A stretch of 64,000 nucleotides of DNA, taken from positions 324,074,001 to 324,138,000 of the forward strand of contig OZ024741.1 in the NCBI GenBank assembly GCA_964016885.1. Direction: 5' to 3'. This stretch comes from Eledone cirrhosa (lineage: Eukaryota). A model generated the notes under the pieces. That model saw only the letters and a program-made list of their open reading frames with translations, was not told where the DNA came from and did not search any database. How positions within the stretch are numbered: position 1 is the stretch's first letter; each line of letters starts with the position of its first letter. The translations under genes and the position numbers were made by a program. Below, one piece after another: positions 37,383-50,937 of this stretch.

Positions 37383-40300
37383 CTAGCTGACGTACCCAGC
37401 TTCGCCCGGGTCAACAGATGATAGAAGAAGACAGGTAAAAGAGAAAATGACTGTATTGGATGTTTGTCTGGTAACAGTATGATGCGAGTCCGTGGTGTCT
37501 GTGTGATACCAAAAACAGTAAAACAAATCTTCAAGATATACCAGATTCCTCGTTGTACCGTTTGTGCATAGTATATGAACAATTCTAGGTGCTCCCACCT
37601 AGAATAGTGACCTCTAGGAGATGGTTCATCTTCTGCCTGACTGTAAAACGTGTATCATTGCATAGACGAGGTTGCTCCAGGTTTCTCAAAAGGATGATGG
37701 AAGTTCCAATCTTTTATATTATATATAGATATAGATATAGATAATTAATATAAAAGATGTCCGTCAATGTAAAAAAGGTCCCTATTTACTTGAAATGGTT
37801 TATACAAATACCAAATTAATATGGATATGGATAACATGCTTATCTATAAGTGGTCAGCTATAATAATAAAACAACAAATTATATGACACAAAAATGTATT
37901 CACTAAGTTCCAGGCTCTTAGCTACTGAGTAATAGACAGTCAATATTGCCCAGAGTTCAACTCGGGGAGGTGGCCTGGTTTGAACTCCAAATGGCGGATG
38001 CTTCTACTTCGAAAATAGAATCGTTTTTCAATATTACTCTAGCCCTGGCCGGCCATAGGCATCAAACCTTTTGTCAGAGTCAGCATATGATGAGGTTTTA
38101 TTACCACCGCTATTAGAAGTGATAAATTTGAAGGCAATTTCTACCAATACTTGTTGGTTTTAATTGATAATTATCGACAATAAATGACATTGAAGAGAAA
38201 TGATACCTCTGTCAAAGCTCACAAGACTGATCAAAGGATACCAATGTCTGAATCATTTACGTCGAATATTCATAGCAGTGAGGGCAATTTCTACCAATAC
38301 TTGTTGCTATTTATTGCACAACATAGTAGTGAAAGCAATTCTTACCAATACTTGTTTGTTTTTATTGCTCATAACAACATTAAATGACACTGAACATCAA
38401 TGATAACTCTGTCAAAGTTCACAATACTGATCAAAGGACACCAATGTCGAAACATTTACGTCGCTTATTGATAGCATTAAAGATATGCATACATCAGCTC
38501 AAAGCTTCATTATAGACAATATTCAGGTTTGTTCCTCTGTTAGTGGTATCAATTGCAAATGTTATACCATCAGGATCGCACACTCGAGATGCAGCAACAT
38601 TTGCTATGGCTGAATGCTGGATCATTCAAGTAGACACAGACTCGCTTGAAAGTCTGTCCCTGTGCCTTGTTGACAGTCATGAAGAAGGCCAAATTGACGG
38701 GAAACTGTCTCCTTTGCCAAATGAATGACAGCAGATCTTCACTTGGTCTCAGCATGATCCTCGGAATGAGAACCGATTCCTCTCTGCCTGGGAGTTTAGC
38801 TTCTAAAACTCTTCCGTTAATCAATCTCTCAACAATCAATCTAGTACCATTGCAAAGACCCATTTTATGATTGATATTTCTAAGCAATATAATCGGCATA
38901 CCCCTTTTCAACCTCAAAATATGTGGGGGAATTCCGGGTATTTGAAGTGAATTCAGATACTCAGTCGGAACATCCATATTGTTCTGCTGATTAGGCTCCA
39001 TTGCATCCGCACTGACGGTCAACCATTCCTCTCCAGGAAACATTCCGGCTACTTGTGAATTTATTACCTCGACCGTTGCATTCGTATGAGTTAGAATAAC
39101 GCGTTCCGATATCCAGGAGATATTCTGCTAAAAAGCATTCAAATTAGTGAACACCCAGCCAATCAATGCTTGACGGTCCAGTGGCATGACCAAATGGTCT
39201 GGAATTCTTACAGTCTGATTATCACCAACGTGTGGCAATTCATCGTTTCCCAACTGCATCAACCATCGGCCGTATGTCTCAGCCTCTTCGTTTTGCCCGA
39301 ACATTCGAAGTCGCATATTATCGTGTAATCGCAAAACTTTGAAATGGCGCCACAACGGGGACTAACTCAGACATGCATCGACAATTTGCGCTCTTTAAGC
39401 ATTCCTAACAATTGGTAGCACCTGTCTGAAATCGCCACCAAGAACGATAGTCTTACCACCGAATGGCAGGTCACTACCGCAGATATTTCTCAAAGTTCTG
39501 TCCAATGCCTCCAGCAAATATCTGTGTGCCATTGAAGCCTCGTCCCAAATAATCAGAGACGTATTGCGTATAAGGCCCGCGAGTTCACTTTGTCCTGTAA
39601 TGTTACCGACACTCAACTCATCCGGAGCCAACGGAGCCTTGAAGCATGAGTGGAAGGTCCTTCCACCACTCAGCAAAGTGGCAGCGATCCCACTGGTGGC
39701 CACAAGGAGAGCAAACTTCCTCTGAGCTCTGATTGCCGATAACATAGTGTTGAAACAGAATGTCTTTCCGGTGCCTCCTGGAGCATCTATGAAAGCCAAA
39801 GTTGCTCATTAGTGGAAATCGAGTGGAGAACGCCATCGACCAATTCTCTCTGAGATTGGGTCAACATTGGCATACGTTCATCCACAATACGTTGCTGTTC
39901 CAGTGGATCAAACTGGAATAGTTCCCTCCGATCGAGTGGCAACCGTCTAAGCTGCAATCTCATGTTCAATGCTAAGACATTGCCGCATTTCTTCATCAGG
40001 AATTGGCATTTTGAAATCTCTTAAACATTTCAAATTAACTTCAAGCAGTTGCTCAATATTGAGCAAAACAATAGCCTTCATAAAATTTTCATCATCGACC
40101 TGAAGATGATGCCTAAAATCATCCGCCATAATTTCCCAATGGCGTTAAAATAACTCTCTTGGATCGGCAGGATTGCAGAATCCTAGAATCGTGACAAACT
40201 ACTAACTTATTTGAGCTGGCATCTGTGTTGTTGCTGCAGCTTCCATGGCGTTATTCCATTCAGCGTCATCCTGAAGGAGTCCCAGATGTTAACACACAAT

Positions 40301-43300
40301 CTGGTATGTTTCATATTCCACGCCATTGATTGTTTTCAAATCAGCGAAGCTCTGTTTACCTCTCGAAAAATCACTATGCAACAGAATTCGGAGATAAAAC
40401 ACATCACCAGATGCTGGATGGACATTAAAAACCCGTCCAATAGTCATGAATCTCAACTTTTGTTTTCTATCATTCCATTTCTTTCCCTTCTTATCCCACG
40501 TATAGTGCGAAGGGAAATCGCAGTAGAGCTGCCTTTGTTTCGGGTTCAAAGCATGTTCCCTATTATGCTTGAACCACTCAGTCAATTCCGTCTTAGGAGG
40601 TGGTGCGTTAGCAATTCTTTCGACACCTCTTCTAGTGTCCTGAAAACAGACCATTTGCCTATTCTCTAAGTGAACCGTCAGTTTCTGAACGCTGGGTTTG
40701 CGTTCATTGAGATCAAAATCGAACAATCTCCAGCAAGCTTCGCTAGATCCAATCGAGCGAACATCCTGGAACCTGCCAACTTCATCTCCTTGGTTCGCTT
40801 CCTCATTCCTGACATTGAACATTGCTCGATTATGACCTTTCTAAACATATTTGAATAGATATTTGCAAGATTTCACTGAGCTACAAATTTCCACATTAAT
40901 ATGACAACGATATATCATAATCAAACATCAATTGTATGGCACAACCCATTGATTTGTAACCTGTCGTCCGTTTACATTTTCGACCAAACCACCATCGGCA
41001 GGCGACCGTCTTCTGTATGAGGGATGAACATCCCCATCGTTCCAGGAAGTGTTCGTGACAAAAGATTTCGGAAAGTGCTTATTGCATTGGCCATTGTTCA
41101 TGCAAGGGTCTTTCCGATTTGCCAATCCGCATTGGTTGTGCACCATTGACTTTGCCACCAAGTTGCGTAGTGCCTCATTCCCTGGCAGTTCAGCACACAC
41201 AATGCTATCCACATCCTCAGCACATCTCAATTTGCAATCTCTATGTAAAATGATCAGCAAATGTGCATGTGGCAATCCTCTTTTTTGGAATTCAATTACG
41301 TATGTAAAAGAAACTATACCTCCAAAGATTCCCTCTTTTTCCACACCATCCATTATCTTTTTCAGATATCCTTTGAATACCCTTGCCACAATATCAGGAT
41401 GGTCCTTTGGCTGTTGTCCTGGCAAAAGTGCATCCTTAATATCAGTCCATTCAGGATTGCTTGTAACCATTATAAACAAATCTGGCTTTCCAAACTTTGT
41501 GACAATAGCCATTGCATCCTGATAGCGAATGTTCATATATCTCGGGCCGCCGATGAACGACGATGGCAAACTGATGCGTCGACCAATTTGCTTGTAATTG
41601 GCATCATCGGCTGTTATCGCATCCTGTATATTATTATACAATTCAGCTCTGATATGTTGCTGATGTGTAGCCTTTGATTTTCGATCTTTGCGAATGCCAT
41701 ACAACAGTATTCCTTGAACAATCTTCTGGCTTGAAATAGTGCATTTCTCTGTTGATTACTCTCGTTCAAATGGAACGCGTAAAAGTCGTGAATCAAATTA
41801 TTGTGTCTATTTCCACCTCCCTGTTGATGCTGATTCTCATGATCATCTAAATGAACAGACATGTTCCATCGATTTTCACCTTTTGGGAATAAAAGAACAT
41901 AATGCAATGGATCGTATGCCTTATTTGACTCATTGATAGTCTTGAGACCACCATCACTGCGATTGAGGACGATATCTCTCGATCCAAGCTTATCGTCCAT
42001 CAACACAGCAACTTCACGAAATCCTTCAGGGGCATTATATCGCCATTCGTTTTGATTCATTGGCACTGCGTCAGCCTTAATCACCAATGTTTGCTGCTGA
42101 ACATTTTGCAGTTCAGCCACCAACATGAAATCCATAACATAAGGATTACACTGTCTAAGCTATGATTGCAAATCACGAATCAAATCACCTAACCATTGCC
42201 GTTCAAGTTCAGTTATATTTCCCGGCAACTTCATCCAACCGATCCTGATATCCTCCTCCGATTCACTATAATCTGGATCGTTAACGTACATTTGAGTGAA
42301 TCGAGGCCTCTCTCCTGGGGTAACTTCTAAATTACCGATACAATGATACAAACGGCCTTGAATGACAACATTCGGTTGCCATGCTCCACTCTCAAACATC
42401 TCACTAACTCTCTGCGATGCTAAAGCTAATGAATTGTTAATTTGCCGCGAATATTTGCGCAGTAATCTACCTCGGTCTCCTAGATCACCCCACATACTTA
42501 GTATTTTAAACTCCGGTGAATCCTCATCATCCGGCTTTCGCAAGGGTTCTAGTTGAACTGCTCCTTTATGACAGCACATTGTGGTCCACGTCTTTTCGTG
42601 CCTCCAAAGCAATGCTCCACAATGTGGACACTCTGCTAGTCCACCAATCTGAAAATGACACGGTTGCCATGATCCATTTTTAATATCATTCGTTCGCCTT
42701 CTAGCCTCTTTATTGGAATGAGGAGCACTTTGGCGACACATTCTCTGAAGTTCTGTATTGCGCTGGCGCTGTCCAACCAGCTCCTATTCAACCATCGCAG
42801 CATGCCGTTGCTGCTGAATTCCGGCCATCTGCTGATGATGCTCAGCCAGTTCATCTTCAGCCATCGCAGCATGCCGTCGCTGCTTGGCTCCAGTGTTTCG
42901 TTGGCGCTGTTCAGCCAGCTCCTCCTCATTCATGGCGGCACGTATTCGCCTCTGAAGTTCGGCATTCCGATGGCGCTGTTCGGCCCGTTTTTTTTCATTG
43001 CTGGCTGCACGCCGTCGCCGCTGTAGTTCACTGTTTGATAAAATCGAATTGCTTTTATTATCAGTGTTCATTTCGAGCAATTGTCAAAAAATGACACAAT
43101 AATAAATATAAAAGATGTTCGGCAATGTAAAGAAAGGTCCCTATTTACTCCCTTTACAACTCTGTGTATGTTATACTGACAGACATGTACACAGACAGAT
43201 AAACTGCGTGGCGATTGTGGAACGCCACACACTTACACGCATGGAAACGCGCACACGCACGCAAACTTACACACTCATACATGTTGATAGTTTTTACTTT

Positions 43301-43904
43301 CTGTGGAACGCTGCACGGATGCACACTCACACAAACATACGCGCACGTACATACACACGCACACATGTTAATATTTATTGCTTTCCGTCCCTTCTTATTT
43401 CCACACACATCACACACACACATGTCTCTACACTGACACATATACATAGTGTATAAAAAAATGACACAATAATAAATATAAAAGATGTCGGCAATGTAAA
43501 GAAAAGGTCCCTATTTACTCCCTTCACAACTCTGTGTATGTTAGACTGACAGACAGGAACACAGACAGATAAACTGCGTGGCGATTGTGGAACGCCACAC
43601 ACTTACACGCATGGAAACGCGCACACGCACGCAAACTTACACACGCTAGTTTTTACTTTCTGTGGAACGCTGCACGCACGCACACACACATAAACATACG
43701 CGCAAGTACATACACACGCACACATGTTAATAGTTATTGAACACAGCGTTCACACTCTCCCCTCTCACTCCCACATTGGCATTATGCATATTAATTTCAG
43801 TTTGGCGTCGTTGAGGTGGGCGGAGTCGTTTGAAACCTATGAACCAATGATAATCGAGAATTATGACACACAGAATAATGACGTTCTTTAAATTAATAAA
43901 TAGA
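37383..43904 (-). mobile_element. Decayed autonomous Helitron, ~6.5 kb
   Basis: 5' TC at 43904; 3' hairpin + CTAG at 37383; the interior carries Rep-helicase coding sequence. Confidence 0.85.
38520..43080 (-). pseudogene. Helitron RepHel (Zn finger, HUH Rep, Pif1-family helicase), broken into 10 or more ORFs
   Basis: CPHCGALLW..CC; PDLFIMVTSNPEW; IEFQKRGLPHAHLLI; KYLFKYV (~40850); DAPGGTGKT; IWDEA; GGDFRQVLP; RRQFPV..TVNKAQGQT. Confidence 0.95.
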
Positions 43905-43914
43905 CAAGAGGGAA

Positions 43915-44090
43915 GCAATTTGGAAGAAGGAGAAAGTCGATTATATCAACCGAGTACTTTATTTTATTGACCTCAGAAGGATGAAAGGCAAAGTTGACTT
44001 CGGCAGGATTTGAACTCTGAATGTAGAAATTTGTAACTAAATATCACAAAGTATTTTGTCTGATGCTCCACTAATACCTCCAGTCTACGA
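43915..44090 (-). mobile_element. tRNA-derived SINE
   Basis: gtactttattttattgacctcagaaggatgaaaggcaaagttgacttcggcaggatttgaactc. Confidence 0.8.
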
Positions 44091-44107
44091 TCCTTCATGT
44101 ACGAAGT

Positions 44108-45037
44108 ACATAGTATATGAACAATTCTAGGTGCTCCCACCTAGAATAGTGACCTCTAGGAGATGGTTCATCTGCTGCCTGACTGTAAAACGTGTATCTT
44201 TGCATAGACGTGGTTGTTACACGTTTCTTAAAAGGATGATGGAAGTTCCAATCTTTTATATTATATGTAGATATAGATATAGATAATTAATATAAAAGAT
44301 GATGCTCAGCCAGTTCATCTTCAACCATCGCAGCACGCCGTTTCTGCTTGGCTCCAGTGTTTCGTTGGCGTTGTTCAGTCAGCTCCTCTTCATTCATGGC
44401 GGCACTTCTTCGCCTCTGAAGTTCGGCGTCTTCGCCTCTGAAGTTCGGCGCTGTTCGGCCCGTTTTTCCTCATTCCTGGCTGCACGCCGTCGCCGCTGTA
44501 GTTCACTGTTTGATAAAGTCGAATTGCTTTTATTATCAATATTCTTTTCGAGCAATTGTCAAAAAATGACACAATAATAAATATAAAAGATGTCCGTCAA
44601 TGTAAAAAAGGTCCCTATTTACTCCCTTCACAACTCTGTGTATGTTAGACTGACAGACATGCACACTGACAGATAAACTGCGTGGCGATTGTGGAACGCC
44701 CCACGTACACACACATACACGCATGGAAACGCGCACACGCACGCAAACTTACACACGCACCCGTGCACTTACACATCTTGATAGTTTTTTACTTTCTGTG
44801 GAACGCTGCATGCACGCACACACGCATAAACATACTCACACGTACTTACACACGCACACATGGTAATAGTTACAGCGTTCACTTTGCCTCTGTTTCTTAC
44901 TCTCCCCTCTCACTCCCTCATTAGCATTATGCGTATTAATTTAAGTTTGGCGTTGTTGAGGTGGGCGGAGTCGTTTGAAACCTATGAACCAACGATAATC
45001 GAGAATTATGACACACGGAATACTGACGTTGTTCAAA

Positions 45038-45040
<3 letters not shown>
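44108..45040 (-). mobile_element. Internally deleted Helitron derivative (module B + Rep N-terminus + partial module A)
   Basis: 44300-44560 duplicates 42835-43090; 44108-44283 duplicates 37566-37741; 44560-45040 is module B. Confidence 0.8.
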
Positions 45041-45085
<45 letters not shown>

Positions 45086-46337
45086 AGACATGTTTAAAAA
45101 TGGCATATTTTCATTACTGCTTTCTGATGTACATATATACAATATCCATTGAGTTATACTACAAGTGTTTATGTGTGTGTGTGTGTATGAGTGAGTGTTT
45201 ATGAGAACTGTTTGTGTGTGTACATATATATGTTTGTGTGTGTGAGTGTGTACATGTATTTGTATATATACATACATATATGTGTGTGTGTGTGTGGGGG
45301 GGGGGGGGGTTGTGTGCAAATACAACACGATAAAAACACACAATAACAACAATACCAACAACAACGACAACAACAACATAGCATCAAGTAGATGGTTCAT
45401 GTTTAACAGACAGACGAAGACTAAAACATGCAGAAAAACAAAAGAAAATAGAATTTAACATCTAAATAAATGAAATATAAAAAAAGAACGAAACTTCATT
45501 CTATTCTGTTTCGACAAAATATCAGATTCAGCGTAGAACTCATTTTTCTCCCCAAATGAGTAGACTCTAGCAACTTGAAATAAAGTGCCATGCTCAAAAG
45601 CACAATGTACCACTCGGAATCGAACTCACGTCATTATCATCGAGTGTCAAATGCCCTAACTATTAAACTACGCGTCGTCACATGGTAAATGTAATGTTAA
45701 ACCTGTATATTTAAAATTCTACCAATGTTGCCTTTATTGAAACCAAGGATTTTTCTTTTCATATTCACCAGTGGTTGTTAAAGGATTTGTAGGGGTCGCT
45801 ATGTATACGTTCCTTTTAGTTTGCATCTCTGTATGTAATAACTTCCGAGAAAGAACTAGGAAAACAACGAACGATAGACCTAGAGATACGAAATGAACCT
45901 CAGTTCTATTGCAAAGTTAGTCTCAGTGGGATTTGAATTCAGAGCGCAGTGAACTAGAACAAATACAACAATACATTCTATCCGACGCTCTGACCACTTT
46001 GATAATTCGCCGCCTGTAGAAGCCAATATAATTATTGCTTCTGATAATGGAATAGCCAGATGTGCCGAACAAAGCTTTACAAAATATTCTAAAATTAATT
46101 AACCAAATTAAATGTCATCGACTGTTTTATTGTGTCTATTTGTGTATTGTGAAATAACCGGAAAGAGGGGGGGGGGGTGTTCTATTCGGGGGTTATCTCC
46201 ACTTTGGGGGGAAATATTTAAATAATTATTTTTTGTTTATCGGTAAAGTAAATAATTTATATATTTTTAATAATGACTACAGTACAGCGAGAATGGCAAT
46301 TTTCTGTTGAGAACACGATGAAAAAATATATTGAAAA

Positions 46338-46765
46338 TAATTGTTTCTACTTTTGGAACAAGACCAGCAAATTACCCAGTGTATTACTGGTACTTTATTT
46401 TATCGACCCCGTAAGGATGAAAGGCAAAGTTAACCTCGGCGGGATTTGAACTCAGATCATAAAGGGACGTAACTCTATGCTTCAAAGCATGGTGTCCGAC
46501 TCTCTACCGATACTACCAATCCACCGCCACTACTGAAATAATAATGGTTTCTGATATAGGCACAAGGCCAGCATTTTTGGAGCAAAGGGAAAGTTGATTA
46601 AATTGACCCCAGCGCGTGACTAGTACTTTATCTTATCAATCCAGTAAGGATGAAAGGCAAAGCTAACCACGGCGGGATTTGAACTCAAAACGTAGAGGGC
46701 CGTAACTCTATGCCATAAAAAGCATCTTGTCCGATGCTCTATCGATTCTGCCAACCGACCGCCCT
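46338..46765 (-). mobile_element. Two tandem tRNA-derived SINEs, arranged like those at 31450-31872
   Basis: Same short-then-long pair, including the caaggccagca.attacccagtgtattactggtac variant in the first unit. Confidence 0.85.
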
Positions 46766-47548
46766 TACAATAGTAATAATAACAATCGACAGTCGGTCGA
46801 CAAGATCCCAGACCTCATTCGCTTAACGAGTGGGTTGGAGCTCGTCAAATCGGACCGAGGAAACAATGTTTCCCTTGGTCTTTCAAATTGCTAATACTAT
46901 CTGTCGGGCGCAAATCCAGACAGAAGATATGTTGAATAACAATATGTTTAATAATTATATTGAAATTACCAAGACTCTTAACTTCGATAGTAACAGCAAC
47001 AACAATGACAACAACATCAGCAAGTACAATAACAATAACAAAAAAAAAACAACTACAATAGCAACAACAAAATCAACAATGATACAGAAGTGGAACAGCT
47101 ACGTGTCAAACCACAGCCACTACTGGAATAATAATGCTGTTGTTGATACGATATACAGAATAACTTACTCGTGAAATTAACGTGCAAGTTGCTGTGTATT
47201 TCACGGATATATGTACCCTTTATACAGTTCTGTGGGAGATACAATGTAACACAGTGTGAAACAAAACTGAACTTTTGATTTACAAGTACAACTCATTTTC
47301 CCCTATCTGAGTATCTAGCTAAAGCACACAACGCGTCTGTGGGAATGGAAATCACGACTTTACGATTGTGATCCTCACATCTTAACCTCTAAGTCACACT
47401 CTCATACAGGGAGATTCAGCGTAACACAGTGTATGATAATAGAAATATGAAATAGAATGTCTTGCTGAAGGACATAACGTGCTGCTCTGAATCAAAGAAA
47501 CGACCTTACGACCCTCAGCCAAACACACGTAACTATAAAACTATACAC

Positions 47549-47986
47549 CATGGGTCAGCAACCTTTTGGGGTGTGTGGGCCACATTGTTATGCCGTGTCT
47601 CGTCGGTGGGCCATGATATCAAAATACAATAAATTTGCTCGACCTCAGAGTGCTCTATTCAGAAGACTACCTTAATCCTGGGATTTAAAGAAGAACAATG
47701 AATTTTATGTGATATTACTTTAATAACATTCCTTATTACAAATAAAATACAGACAGAAATGGTAAATTGTTTAATGAGAGACTATCTGTCTGAGTTTGAT
47801 TGTTTGTTACTGTCACAAAAAATTACGTTTAGCAAAGTGAGTCATGTGATAGACGTTTTTTCTAGTCGGTATTCTAATCCAAAATAATTTAGACCACTCT
47901 TTTAGGGATCGCTTAGCCTAAGATTGAAGCCTGTTGGCGGACCGGAAAAAATCCTTCGCGGACCGCATGTGGGTTGCCCACCCCTG
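47549..47986. mobile_element. hAT-superfamily MITE, 438 bp
   Basis: Imperfect TIRs CATGGGTCAGCAACC / GGTTGCCCACCCCTG; 8-bp TSD CTATACAC / CTATACTC. Confidence 0.85.
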
Positions 47987-48412
47987 CTATACTCCTTTAC
48001 AAAATGATAATAGCAATAAAGTTGAATGCAGCTAGCAAAGATTGTAAATGTTATTGACAAGCCACAAACAAACCGGTGTATTTTAAAGGAAAAGATAGCG
48101 CACACCTGGTGGAATTGCTAAAATCTTTCGATATACACATCTGTGATATCGAAACACAGATGTCTGAATGCTACTCTAAGCTGAAATAATTCAATTAAAA
48201 CTAACACTTATTAATCAGAGAATTAGCAAAGAACCAACTTTACAAGTGTTTAGAAGTAGACACAACTGATAAATATACAGACACGAAGGAGACACAGAAA
48301 ATAATTACAACAAAACAAACGTAATATGAGAAACTAAGTAAATACCAGAAATGTGTGCATGTATGTATGTGTGTATATATGTATGTGTGTGTGTATGTGT
48401 GTGCATGTGTAT

Positions 48413-48485
<73 letters not shown>

Positions 48486-49436
48486 TGGATGTATGTGTGA
48501 TAGACCTCAGTCGTTTCCGTGTATGAGTGTACAAGTTGTTTGATCAACAGAGCAGCGTGTTAGTGGCTGAGCATTCCACAGCACATGTGCCCTTAACATA
48601 GTTCCCAAGGAGATTCAGTGTGACACAGTTTATGTGTGATTTGGCTGATCCTTTGTGCAGTCCATCTTGTATTATAGTGTACTCGGTTGAGTATTCCTCA
48701 AAGATGTGTGCGGTTAACGTCGTTCTCAATGAGATACATTGTGATACATGTGTATAGGCCATTCGATGAGCTTTCAATCAGTTTCCATCTATTCAATTTC
48801 ACTTGAGACGTCCCTAGGCTTCACTACTTCCTCAATATTCCACGCAATTGACTCAAACACGACACCATATGATTGTAGAGCAAACTTTCTATCCATTCAG
48901 CCCCACTGCATCAACATAGTCCAACTAATACAATATATAATGTTAAACCCACATCAAGCCTGTCATTTCTCATTTATCTCTTGCCCCTTCTTCATCTCTT
49001 TCAGTCTCTCTTTCCCCTCTCCCTTCCTCTCTTTCAGACCCCTTTTCCCCCGCCCCACTCTGCTTCTCTCTATATATCGTTTCAGATCTTGACTAAAAAA
49101 ACAGGCAATATTAATAAACAACTTTCTATTTGTCGCCCTCTCTCTCCATTTATTCCTTCTCAATCTCTACACCCCTTTCTCATTATCCCACGTTTCCCCC
49201 TCCTCTCTTGCTCTTACACAATAAACGGCTCTTAGTCTCTCTTTTAATCTTGTTCTATCTATCTTTCCCAACATCTTACACATTCCAACGCATTAATGCG
49301 TTCACACACACACACACATACATAGACGTCTCTCACAATCACACACATACACGTCTCTTACAAATGCAACCCCCAACACACTCACGTCTCTCACAAACTT
49401 AACCAACATTCACATACACCATCTCTCAGAAACATC

Positions 49437-49439
<3 letters not shown>

Positions 49440-49503
<64 letters not shown>
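49440..49503. repeat. (CT)n microsatellite
   Basis: Direct reading. Confidence 0.95.
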
Positions 49504-49510
<7 letters not shown>

Positions 49511-50119
49511 TACAAACATTACTGCGATATACCACCACCACAACCAACACACAAACAGATGTAAGAAAAAACACCACCAACACACACAAAAGACACCAAT
49601 GTTATCAGATGTTTACAAACGTGATTTTATTAAACTTCGACAGCATTGAAGTGGTTTACTATGATAACATATCTGTGATCGAATAGAGTCTGTTGTAATT
49701 AAAGCATACCACGATACTACGAGGGAGACCATATGTGGTCACACGATCTGCTAGTAATGATAGTTAAATTTTTTCAAATTAAATTCAGTCATCATCGAAA
49801 AAGAAAGACACTTTGAACAGCAGACCTGTCAACACTCCCTCGTCGGCTGGGGAGATCTCTCAGGCACTTTGAGGTGGGTGAGAGATGTCTTCTTTTGTGA
49901 AAATAGGTATAGCTTTCATTATGTAAAATTTCCCAATTTTGCCCCATTTCTCTCCGTTTTAGGGCACTTCTTTTCATGGTACTCCGCGATTGGTTTTTTA
50001 GAGGTTGGCAGGTCTGCTTAGCATAACAATTCAGTAACGAAACCGTCAGGGTGCTCTACCGTAATTGCTAAGAATAGCAATGATGTAAACATGTGTATGC
50101 AGTATTCTTCTCCCCATTT

Positions 50120-50163
<44 letters not shown>

Positions 50164-50167
<4 letters not shown>

Positions 50168-50709
50168 AATTGAGGTTGGTAATGGCACATGGAATATATA
50201 AGAGACAGAATACTTTTTTGTGAAAAAACATATAATTTTATGAGGTAAGGAAATAATAAAGGGTATAAAAAATGACCGGTTTCGATGGGTCTGCAAAAGC
50301 CATCTTTTCAAATGTTGATTAATATTAAGAAAATTAATAATAAGAAGAGATTTGAAAATTCAAGTATAAAATTCAGTGTGGGATTTCATAGTAGTTTTCA
50401 TCTTGGTAGCAGCAAGTTGACTGCTGTGTGCCCACAGAAAGGCACACAGCAGTCAACTTGCTGCTACCAAGATGAAAACTACTATGAAATCCCACACTGA
50501 ATTTTATACTTGAATTTTCAAATCTCTTCTTATTATTAATTTTCTTAATATTAATCAACATTTGAAAAGATGGCTTTTGCAGACCCATCGAAACCGGTCA
50601 TTTTTTATACCCTTTATTATTTCCTTACCTTATAAAATTATATGTTTTTTCACAAAAAAATATTCTGTCTCTTATATATTCCATGTGCCATTACCAACCT
50701 CAATTTTCT
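50164..50709. repeat. Palindrome: ~270-bp arms (50164-50432 / 50441-50709) with an 8-nt spacer, beside (TA)n
   Basis: Centre reads ctgctgtgtgcc-cacagaaa-ggcacacagcag; ORFs 50285+ and 50373- mirror each other. Confidence 0.95.
50557..50604 (+). ncRNA. Type I hammerhead motif with U3-A8 core; mirror copy on - at ~50270-50316
   Basis: aacat TTGAAAA GATGG-cttttgcagac-CCATC GAA ACCGGT C atttt: stem II 5 bp, palindromic stem III, GUC cleavage triplet, stem I 4 of 5 paired. Confidence 0.6.
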
Positions 50710-50872
50710 CTATAACCTTCGTTTTGTGTAGAAACTTACACTTTTCATATATATATATATATATATATGGATGTGTGTGTGCACTACTGTAATATGTATA
50801 TTTATATATAGAGAGATGTATATATATAAGCATTGTACGTAAGTCCAATTCTCGAGCTTTTTAAGAGAAGAG

Positions 50873-50937
<65 letters not shown>

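Noticed and set aside
39395-39799. Host PIF1 helicase gene
   Set aside because: It is intronless, contiguous with an HUH Rep domain and Helitron termini, and heavily disrupted.
46830-47174. 114-aa N-rich ORF
   Set aside because: Built on an (AAC)n tract, with a non-ATG start and no domain.
48110-48290. Possible very old RT fragment (YKCLEV resembling YKYLGV)
   Set aside because: Similarity is too short to support a call.
50030-50055. gtaacGAAACcGTCaggg hammerhead-like 3' half
   Set aside because: No upstream core or stem II partner found.
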